A stretch of 64,000 nucleotides of DNA, from the NCBI RefSeq assembly GCF_006345805.1, contig NC_043001.1:45198001-45262000 (forward strand), written 5' to 3'. Below the pieces are notes generated by a model that was given only the letters and a program-made list of their open reading frames with translations, ran no database searches and was not told the DNA's origin. This DNA comes from Octopus sinensis. Taxonomy: Eukaryota. The stretch's first letter is position 1, and every line of letters starts with the position of its first letter. Both the position numbers and the translations under genes were made by a program. Below, in pieces: positions 53,535-64,000 of the stretch.

Positions 53535-54080
53535 TCATCATCATCATCATTGTTCGACCGTGGTCGAGACAATGGAATTTACTATGTTACGCCAGACTTC
53601 ACGGTCCATCATAGCATTACGGAGGTCCTGTTGCTGGATGCCTGTATCCCTGGAGATTACATCAGGGTAGGAGAGTGTGCGCCCTCTGGTATTGTGAGTA
53701 GATGGCTTCCAGAGGAGAAGAGTAGAAATTACTTCTTTTTCAGCTCTACAACAATGTCCAGCAAACTGGACTCTCCTACCTTTCACAAGAGATGACACAG
53801 GTGGTAATTTCCCATATATTTGCATTTTGGTTGGATGGCACTTCCACGAGAGATTTTGAGCTCTCATAAGGAGGCGAGTGTAGGTTCCATCCAACCGCCT
53901 CTCAAGCTTCTTTGATAACGTCCAGGTTTCTGAGCCATATAGTAGAATTGGTTCGACTGTGGCTTTGAATATTTCAAGTTTGAAGTCTCTACTTAGATTT
54001 GATGACCAGATCTTATGCATGTCATTACAGGCTGACCAGGCCATACCCTTTCTAGTTAGAAAGTCTTTTCCAGATGATGA
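53535..54080 (-). mobile_element. Young 5'-truncated RTE-clade LINE (family RTE-2), open ORF2 C-terminus, nested in the RTE-1 3' UTR
   Basis: Uninterrupted frame SSGKDFLTRKGMAWSACNDMHKIW...ATVEPILLYGSETWTL...RRVQFAGHC...GRTLSYPDVISRDTG...DREVWR...STTVEQ* followed by (TGA)n. TSD tggtgcagcctca at 53522-53534 and 54081-54093. Confidence 0.95.
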
Positions 54081-54691
54081 TGGTGCAGCCTCAAGGATTC
54101 CCAGACCCCAGTCAAATCGTCCAACCCATGCTAGCATGGAAAACGGACATTAAACGATGATGACGACGATGATGATGATAGTAATATTTCAATTTGTAAT
54201 GATATTATTAAGTGGCAAGGGATAGATAGATGGTTCAAATCCTGTCAGTGTCTGTTGCTATCAGATTGGTGCTTCTAATGCTTTATCAAATATTATCAAT
54301 CTGTTACTGTTTCATTTCACAGATGTTAGTCAAATGATTCTTTACACAGAAATATAAAATAAAAAATTAAGAATCTATATGAGAATACTAGAAATGATAT
54401 TTAAAAGTATAATGAATGTGGGATGAAACAACACTGCATGATGATAACAGACAAAGGATGGAAACAGACAAATAAGAAGTGTTGAGATGAGATCTGAGCT
54501 TGTTCAACTTCCCAAGCAAATTGAAAGATTATTGTGAGAAGTTGAAATATGCTGTTCAATAAATAGTTCACTGTATGCCAACATGTAAAAATAGACATGA
54601 AGATGATAATAATGAAATAATAATCTCTTTTGACTAATTATAACTGATTTGCTATTTACAAGTATTAATTTCTAATTTATTGTATACTTAG

Positions 54692-55095
54692 GTGCAGGCA
54701 TGGCTGTGTGGTAAAAAGTTTGCTTCCCAAACACATGGTTCTGGGTTCAATCTCACTGCATGACACCTACTACAGTGCCAGGCCAACCAAAGCTTTGCAA
54801 GTGGATTTGGTAGGCAGGAACTGTCAAGTATATATATGTGTTGTGCACATGCACACACACAAATTTCTCTTTGCCTTGACATCACATGATAGTTGGAAAT
54901 GAGTGTCTCCTTCATACAAGTGGTGTCATTTGTTCCCAATCTTCTATGAAAAGCATACCTGGTCACTGGGAGATATTACCTTAGAAATTGGTGAGGGTTA
55001 GTAACAAGAATGGTTTCTGGCAGTAGAAAATCCATCTCAACAAAAATTCCATCCAATCATACAAGCATAGAAAAGTGGATCTATGTTAAAAAATG
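54692..55095 (+). mobile_element. Abundant tRNA-derived SINE, plus-strand copy
   Basis: ggtgcaggcatggctgtgtggtaaaaagtttgcttcccaaacacatggttctgggttcaatctcactgc...gtggatttggtaggcaggaactg. Confidence 0.85.
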
Positions 55096-55269
55096 ATGCT
55101 CATCATCATTAGAAATTTAATTTTCATCCCAGAACGACTCGACTTTGTTTTTAATATATATCTAGTCTTATGCCTTCATGAAGTGATGTAGTACACTTGA
55201 TCAGCTTAGAAATGAAAATCTCACTACCCATGTCTTCAACACTTACTACATTCCTCTCCTCCACTCTCT

Positions 55270-55925
55270 ACTCATGCTTCTTTGGCAATACCCTACCATT
55301 TACATTATGACCTCCATACTTCAAGGGTATGCCTTGGCACTTGCCACCATCTCTCTCCTGCTCCCTCTTGTACTCCTGCTGTCTCCCACCCTCTTTTTCC
55401 TGCTCTTCTCTCAGGTTGGGTAACCATGTATCTCCTTTACAGTAGCACACCTCATTTCTGTCCTCATTTCTTTCTCTCTCTCTCTGGCTGGGTAACCATG
55501 TACCTCCCCTACAACAAGACACCTGTTTCTATCTCTGCCTCACTATAACCTTTCATCATCTGACACAAGATTCCCACTTCCAATTCCCCTTCCTCTCTCA
55601 AAGGATCTTTGTTTTGCAAGTTACTGGGTGACCCTGCCAGTGCTGGTGCCACTTAAAAAGCATCCAGTCCACACTGTAAAGTGGTTGGTGTTTGGAAGGG
55701 TATCCAGCTATAAAAAACCATGCCAAACTGACCTCGCCTGAGCAGGTGGCATGTAAAAGCAGTCCACTCTGCTGGGTGATCGATGAGGAAGACCATCCCA
55801 CAATAAAACCCCTGCCAAAACAAACACAGAAGTCTGGAGCAGGCTCCTGCTAGGCCAGCTCCTGTCAAACTGTCCAACCCATGCAGGCATGGAAGGTGGA
55901 CATTAAACAATGATGATGATGATAA
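55270..55925 (+). mobile_element. LINE-type 3' UTR/SINE-like element ending in (TGA)n
   Basis: ...gccagtgctggtgccacttaaaaagcatccag...ggaagggtatccagc...cctgtcaaactgtccaacccatgcaggcatggaaggtggacattaaacaatgatgatgatg. Its 3' end is related to the RTE-1 UTR. Confidence 0.7.
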
Positions 55926-56575
55926 CTTTGATAGGTTTCGGCCAGTATAGGCCCAGCTCATGTCTAACTTAATAGCACACCTGATGATGATGATGAAACA
56001 ACACTCATCAGAGACTTTTAATCCAGCCCTGCAAGCTAACTAAACATGTTTCAATTACATAATGCTTCAGCAGCTTGAAATGATCAGCCTATTACATCAT
56101 TGTATCTATATACAACTAAGTGGACTGGACTAATTTAGAGTTAAGTATCTTGGCTACAAACCACAGCAGAGCACAGAAAGCAGTATATGATTTCTTGACC
56201 TTCCAGTCAGTAGGTCAATATCTTAGTGACATCATTTTCAATGCACCTCGACCTATCAGTCTAGATAAGTAGTTAAATGCAACATATTTTTTCAGTAGTA
56301 GAAGTAACATCGTTGCTTAGCTTGATGTTTCACTTTGTTGATCTATTTGAAATCAATGATTGGTGTTGATGTTATAAAAACAACCTACTAAATCAATCAG
56401 TCAGGATTTAAGTTTATGGGCTTATCTATGTTTGGCATTAGCTGTGAAGCTGCAGGAGGACAGAGAAATGCTACAAAGGTTAACAAACTAGTTGGAATCA
56501 AAATTTTACACACTTCTTTCTTTAACAATAAAAACACTGGGGAATGAGGTGATGCTGAATGAAGTGAGAGAGCAG

Positions 56576-56624
<49 letters not shown>

Positions 56625-57796
56625 CATGTTAAAAAATAGAGCAACATGGATGTATTAAACAAACAGTTTTAGATTTATAAACATATATGTGATTGGAGTA
56701 ATAAATTAAAACACAACATAGCAGTGTTGGTATAGACAGGAAGATATACAAGCTGTCTGTTAATGGTAACTCATTTGATTATTACACAGGGCTGTTAAAT
56801 CAATCCATGTTCCATTTTGAAAGCTGTTATTTTAATCACAAAAAAATAAATAGAAATAAAATATAAAAACTATATATTTTTAAAATTAAAAAGAAAAGAT
56901 TCTTACTATGCGCTGAAATCTCCAGGTTTTTCAACTGGTGGGTTGTAGGTGTAATTCTGAAAGAGATAAAACAATATTTAAATATTTTAAAAACCATTTT
57001 TCCCTCTGACTGTTTGTTATTACTCAACATTAAACAAAATAATTTTCGGTGCTTCCACATGGTCGCTTGACTGACAAGAAATATCAGCCAAATCTCCTTT
57101 AAACCAAACCATACCATCTTAAAAACAAAAAAGGATGTGTTAGATAATGGATTGTCATAATTGAGGTACCTTTAATCATGTCTGTTTGATCACAGATGAC
57201 CTAGGGCATAACAACAGTGCTATCATCACAACCACCATTTACACCATCATGACCAACAAAACCACAACCTCCAACGATAGTAATAAGCACCAGCACAAGC
57301 CAATAAGTTAGTCCTTAAGTGGTCCCCTGACTAGCCAAAAATAACAGCCAAATCTTCCTATCCATCTTTAAAAAAATACATTGGACAATGTAATCCTAGA
57401 TACACTGTCTGAATAGAAAATGGGATGGTCATGACAGGTGCACCTTTGATCAAAGATCTGCTAGATCAAGGCTGACATTATGGTTAGATAATAACAAGTT
57501 CATTAAAATCTAATCATTCATTTTCATGTCTGTTTTATTCTTCATGCTAGCATGGATTAGATGATTATATTACTGAGGCATTGTTTTACAATCAGATGTT
57601 CTTCTTGTTGCTAATCCATACCTGTCACTCAAGGGATATTTTATTCCACATGTCTTTGAAGGCACAAAGCCAGTGTACAATCCATTGGCATGAGAAATAA
57701 AATCACCAACTTTAGCTAAGCAATCTTTAAAAAAAGAGCAAAGATGTGTGTATCTGTATATCACTAAACCAGGCTTTCATGACTATATCTGAGCAG

Positions 57797-58294
57797 ACAT
57801 TAGGGATTCACAGAGCTATGACAGTTAGGCAAGAACAGAAATATGTGTGTGTAAATATGTTTATTAACCATTTAGCATTCAAACTGGTCATATCCAGCCC
57901 AAATATTCTACATGTTTTCTGTTCAAACTGGCCATATCTGGCCTCTCACACCTACCTTGCAATGAAATTCTAAAAAATAAACAATCACATCGTCAAAATT
58001 TCAATCACATCGTCAAAATAAACAATCACATCGTCAAAATTTCAAAACTGCAATATAAATGCATAACATTAGGGATTCACAGAGCTATGACAGTTAGGCA
58101 AGAACAGAAATATGTGTGTGTAAATATGTTTATTAACCATTTAGCATTCAAACTGGTCATATCCAGCCCAAATATTCTACATGTTTTCTGTTCAAACTGG
58201 CCATATCTGGCCTCTCACACCTACCCTGCAATGAAATTCTAAAAAATAAACAATCACATCGTCAAAATTTCAAAACTGCAATATAAATGCATAA
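57797..58294. repeat. Near-identical tandem duplication (period 269 bp)
   Basis: acattagggattcacagagctatgac... starts at 57797 and at 58066. I see one substitution (ctaccttgc/ctaccctgc), and the 18-bp caatcacatcgtcaaaat unit is tripled in the first copy. Confidence 0.92.
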
Positions 58295-58358
58295 TTAATT
58301 CAAAACAACATGAATAGATAAGCATTATATTTAACAGAATAATCTGAATGCTAAAGGG
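58137..58358. mobile_element. TTAA-flanked MITE (piggyBac-like termini)
   Basis: TTAA (58133-58136) + ccatttagcattc ... gaatgctaaaggg + TTAA (58359-58362). The 13-bp TIRs match at 12/13. A duplicated 5' part starts at 57868. Confidence 0.8.
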
Positions 58359-61300
58359 TTAAAGAGACATTACTTAAACTTTTGAGCTGACAAGATGCAT
58401 CAGATGGCATTTGAAGAAAAGAAAGTCATCTGATGAATGACTGGGCAGCACATAACTGCACAGATCCCTAACCAATAAACAAACAAAAAACATACCAACT
58501 TTACTTCATGTAATGTATTGGCTGTTAGTTAATTTGTAAGTATAAAGTCACATACACAAAATGTGTGTGTGTGTGTGTGGAGGGGGATACTCTTGTTTAC
58601 TTATCTTGACCAATATTTTTATGTCTCACTTTAACAATACCTTACACTTTTTCTTCTACATTGATAAAGATATTTATATCCATTATCTCACCTAGAAAGG
58701 TATTAATGTCCATTTTTGAATAATTAAACACATACATTCGTTTGTTCTCTTATCTTCAGTAATTTTGTATGCAAAGACAGTTTTACATTCAGAAAATGTT
58801 CGTGCCAATGACCTATGTTTTAGGGCTGACATAGAATGTAAGCTGTATTGTTACTTATAAAGTGCCTCCTTAAACTTGATACAATCACGAATATTTCACA
58901 TGTCCTTTCTAAAAGATATTTCCATTATCAGTATTGTATTTTTCTTTAAAAAAATATTTTTTTGTTATGGTTTAGAGTAGGAATAGAAATGCCCATGAAA
59001 TTTTTCATGGTCTCCAAGACTGGTGAGAGGTAAGGAATAAGTTATCCTCAGACAGGAGAGAGGGCTCAAATTCTTGCAAAATAGTGGATTCCACTGAAGG
59101 TATCCAGGAACCAACCAGTGATGCCAAACAAGGTGACAGGCTAAGTTTATCATGGCTTATGTGAAAGTACATCATTTACAAATTAACAAATTTATGAATT
59201 ATTTCTCATGTTGAAAGAGCTTGGAGCATAACTCTTGAAGGCATGAATCTCTTCACTTCCAATTGTTTATCCCAATACAAATCAGAATATGCTTATAATA
59301 AATGATGAGGGTGGAGTGGCATAAGTGGTAGATTGCCAGAGTAAATACTTTTATGTGCATTTTATCCATTCAAAGGAAAACAAAATAGGTACCTCTCATG
59401 CCTTAGTCAGTTCAACCAATTAAATACCACCCTTAAAAACCTTAACCAATGTAAGAAATAATTGTTATTGGCTCTCAGAACTGAGATGAAACAGATGAAG
59501 GCAAATGTAGAGCTATTCAAATACATCAGTATAGGAAAATGGAAGATCAAATAAAGATGATGAAGAACATAGGAATAATGATGGCGCTGTCGATAGTGAT
59601 ATGGTGGCTTGACTTTAAAAGTTTTTATTCTTTCTCCTTTATTTTTAACATCAAATAGCATTTGCAAATTTGCTTCAGTTTTTATTTTTAAAATACACAT
59701 ATACTGCTATTGCCTTTGGCAGTCTAATTAGAAATATAATAAATATAAAAGCTACCCAACCCAATGCCATCTACATCGCGAGTTATTTCAGAGAAGTTAT
59801 TGGAAGAAATAAATCCATATATTTACTAAGGATTAAAAATCTGAAATAAGGTCTTTTTCAAAAGTATCTTCAATAATGTGCATTGGCATGCTGGGATATT
59901 GTCAATGCAGTGTCTCAATATGAATCAATATTTACAGATGCAAATTTAGAATCCGTTTGGTATATATAGGCCAACAAGATTGCAAATGACCCTATGTTGA
60001 TTTCAAATGCAGCTGTTGGGAGATTTTTTTTTCTTAACACAAGCAGAAACTTTATTGAAAAGCAAACTTTTCCTAATCTATAGTGGAAGGTAAATTTAAA
60101 CAATGATACTTTAACTATAATTCTTCCTTCAGAGATACAGGTATGAGGAATACAATGCAACTATCCAATTATATCTAACACTTTTAAGTAAATGCTAGCA
60201 GTATGAATATCAAATAGAAGATTCTTGAGTGATATACACCACACAGAAACAGGGCAAAATGATGTAAGTTATGTATAGCTGAGAAGAATTTCATATTGTG
60301 AAACCTTAAATCTGCAAACTATTCAATATTGATCAGAAATATTAATTAACTGCTGCTATTTCAAAAAGTATCTCTTGAAACATAGGAAGATTATACTAAC
60401 ACTTGAATAATTAGATTGACACCTAAATTTTTACTAGGAGTAATCTTACATTTCCTTCTTCATACTTAAGTATGAAGAGGGAAATGTAAGATTATTTTTT
60501 GTAAGATAACCTTATGACAAATATTCCTGATATTACTAATATTTAAACAACACACTTTATAACCCTGCCAACTATTTATCCTTCTACATTAATTTTTATG
60601 TAGCAATAAATTCAATGCCTAAATAAATTATCGTTTTAATAATCAGTTGGATTTTTTTTTATCTGATAATTGTTTAGCATTAACGAAGTAAGAATCTTGA
60701 AGTTACAATGCATTATCATTATATAATATGATGGTGGAACTGAATTATCTGTTCCAGAATTAAAGATGTAAGTGGCTGAATATTCCATAGGTACATGTAT
60801 CCTTACCAGAAACAATGAAACTCTCAATTTCCCTCTTCAATTTCAGCCACTCCAGATCTTATTATATATGATAATATATTGTTACATTACATTTTCAACT
60901 CTAACTTTTTATATTTCTTTCCAAATAGCTTTTTATACACTTTCCTTCTCTCCTCATCTCCAAATATATTTATACATTTTCACCTTACATAAGTATTCCA
61001 AGACTATATTTCTAACAATGAAAGTTAAAAATAACTCATCCCAACAATATTAACAAGTAATGGACTATGCCACTTTAAACTTTTTATCCTAGGATGTGAT
61101 ACTGGAAACTCCACATACTAAAATATCAGTGACATGTCAATTATATTTTAATGATCAGCTGAATTTCTTTTTATCTGATAATTGTTTAGCACTAACGAAG
61201 TATGAAACTTGAAGTTATAATGCATTATCATTATATATATGATGGTGGAACTGAATTATCTCTTCCTGAATTAAACATGTAAGTGGCTGAATATTCCATA

Positions 61301-62924
61301 AGCACATGTACCCTTACTATAATTCTAGGCACCGTGTGCAACAAGTATGACAGTGTGTGCAACAAGGCTATATCTTTTGAATTATGAGTACATTTCACCT
61401 GATGAGCTTCTATACCAGTTCCATCTGTCTAATTGCCACTCTCAAGGTATGAATTGAACTAAGACTACAGAAATTATATTTGCCCAAGATGCCATGGTAG
61501 GAATGAGCCCAGGATTTCATGGCTGCAAAGCAAAATATTCTTAATCATTCAGCTGTACTGCACTTACATTATATTATATATGATAAACTACCACACAGTC
61601 TCCATTTATGTATTTAGACAGAAGATTTTGTAAATGTTACTGGATCATATAATGTCTACAATTTAGTTTTAAAAATATAAAACACATGCAAACACATATG
61701 AGTTATTAAATTAAATAAAATATATATATATATTTTATAGAGATCACTTTTTTATCACTTTGATGAAAAGCCATTTCGAGAACAATAACTGCCTGATAAC
61801 ATTAGTTAAGGAATATAATATCTGACCCTTTGATTCTAATAAATAGATAAATAATATTAATTTCTTTTAAATAAAGTTTGTGACTTGCTAATTATGATAA
61901 CAATAACCATTTGATAATATTATCCATGATCATGACAAATAGCTTCTTCTGTCTAAATACATATATATCAATGCCATTAGCCACATCAACCAAACTTGAA
62001 CAGGTATCTCCACTCCTAACACAAACATGATTCCACCACCACCACCACCACCATTACCATCATAACCACACCCTACCGTGTCTCCATAGCAAGCGGCACT
62101 TTCTTAAAAAAAATCTCCATAGAGATTGTGGCTGTATTGCAATATATTTGAAAATTTTGATAACATTCAGGACTTTAATTCTCATAAGCAGATAATTATT
62201 AATTTACTTTAAATATGGGGTTTTGGACCCATTAATTTTGGTAGCAATAACCAGTTGATAATCTTATCCACGATTATAATAAGCAGCTTTCACTGCACTA
62301 TGTATGCATATATTATATATCACATGTATTTTGTGTGTATGTGCATGTTTGTTTACAAACACAGATAATAGATAGATAGCTAATTGATAACATTATCCAT
62401 AATTATAATAAACAGCTTCCACTGTATGTTATATATGCATATATTGTGTGTGCGTGTGTGCACGTGTGCATGTAACAATAATATAAGCTTTGAGATTAGG
62501 GGAAAAACATGTTCAAATATTTCATAGTATAACAACAAATTCAGCAAAATATTTGTCCTTTGAATAAAAACGTTAAAAAAATAAATGCACTTGCTTTATT
62601 TTTTTCTGTAAATGTCAATATGACATTAGAAAGAAATGAATTCACATCATTTAACAAAGACACTTGTAATAATATATACAATGAAATTTCACTAAGCATC
62701 GCCTTGATACACAAGGAACTTCATCCAATTACATTCTATCGCAAGTATCAAAGAGCTTCTCCTTCCCTTTTCACTTCTCTATGAATTTAATATTAAAAAT
62801 ACAGTGCAGAAAAAGAAAAGAAACTTTTAAAAATGAGTTCTTCCTTACCTAATATTCAATAATAAATCCAAGAGGGACCATAATATAAAGCATGCAAATA
62901 GTAAGTTTGTGGTGTGTGTCTGCA

Positions 62925-62962
<38 letters not shown>

Positions 62963-64000
62963 AAGTACAAAGAGAGAGAACCAATAATTGACTCCCAAAG
63001 GATGAGTTTTCTTTGTTTTCACTCAGGTATCAGTTTAAAGAAGCTTAGTAATCACAACAGTCCCTGTACTGGCTATGAATTGTAGTAGTAGCAGGAGCAT
63101 TATAGCATTATAGAATACATATATATATCACTTACCAACTTGGGCTGACAGTCTTGAGTGACTGACTACAATCGGCTATCAAGGTAACAGGTACAAGAAA
63201 GGAAGCAGTCTACTTGCATTTATTAATTACTAAATAAAACTAAAAACTACAAACAAAAAAGATAACACCAAGGACGAAAAAGGAAAACAAAAACAATATA
63301 GCCTTAGCCCCCACTTTCGCCCAAACACCTCATCCTACCTTAGGTCACATCTTTGAGTATCTCTATTCTAGAATCAATATCTTAACTACACAAATAAACT
63401 TAATTCCAGTCTCAACACATCCTGAAACACAAAACAACAACAACAGCAAACTGACAAACAATAACCTGGTGCAGTATAGCCATAGCTGTAGTAGTGGTGG
63501 TGGAGGTGGTAGTTAATGTTTTTGTTGTTGTACAGTGGTAGAGTGGGGAAATAAAGAAACTAAATAGTATCTAATCAATAAAGCTATTTATTTTTATTTT
63601 ATTTTATTTTTTTACAAAAGCTTGCTATTAAAATCAGATATTCTGAAAACCACCAAAGGGTTAAATTTAGCCTTATAGGATAGTTTAGACAGATAACACC
63701 TCTCACTTACACTGTCTTATTCGTTAAAAAGCAAACTTACTTCTTTTTCTAAAACTTATTTTTATCAAACAATTCTAACTAGATTTTAAAGTAATCCTGG
63801 AGGGCAATTAACACAGATTGTTGCTAAGAATATATAGTAAGTGGATTTAAAACCTCTAAATCTTTAATAACAGGACACAAGTAACACCCACACCATCAAC
63901 AATTTCTAATTTAGGCACAAAGCCAGCATTTCTGGGTTGATCATAGCAACCTCAGTACTTGACTAGTACTTAATTTTATCAAGCCTGGAACAAAGAAGGG

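Noticed and set aside
63027-63185. Good acceptor (ttctttgttttcactcag) on + and a strong donor (gtaagtg) on - near 63.13k
   Set aside because: The + segment has stops in all frames. The 40-nt minus-strand candidate has no homology support and cannot be distinguished from chance without RNA data.

Overview
AT-rich, CpG-poor, microsatellite-dense metazoan genomic DNA. The SINE and LINE families present resemble those of octopod cephalopods (Octopus sp.); this assignment is from recall of those repeats, not from a search. I found no recognisable host protein-coding gene, tRNA/rRNA gene or CRISPR array. Nearly all ORFs in the supplied track are microsatellite or low-complexity translations, or antisense/frameshifted pieces of transposons. 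The window looks like a large intron or intergenic block built from layered mobile elements. These include two RTE-clade LINE families (one old; one young, with an intact partial ORF and 13-bp TSDs, nested inside the old one), CR1/L2-like and probably L1/Tx1-like RT remnants, and a ~1.3-kb degenerate Helitron Rep (HUH/Y2) fragment at ~30.2-31.5 kb that the ORF track does not reveal. There are also many tRNA-type SINEs, a TTAA/piggyBac-like MITE and a highly palindromic TA-flanked MITE. Beyond known feature types, the window has several unrelated fold-back palindromes with little or no spacer (possible hairpin-RNA precursors), four local direct duplications of different ages, and a 22/23-nt match to the Tn10 tetO2 operator region.
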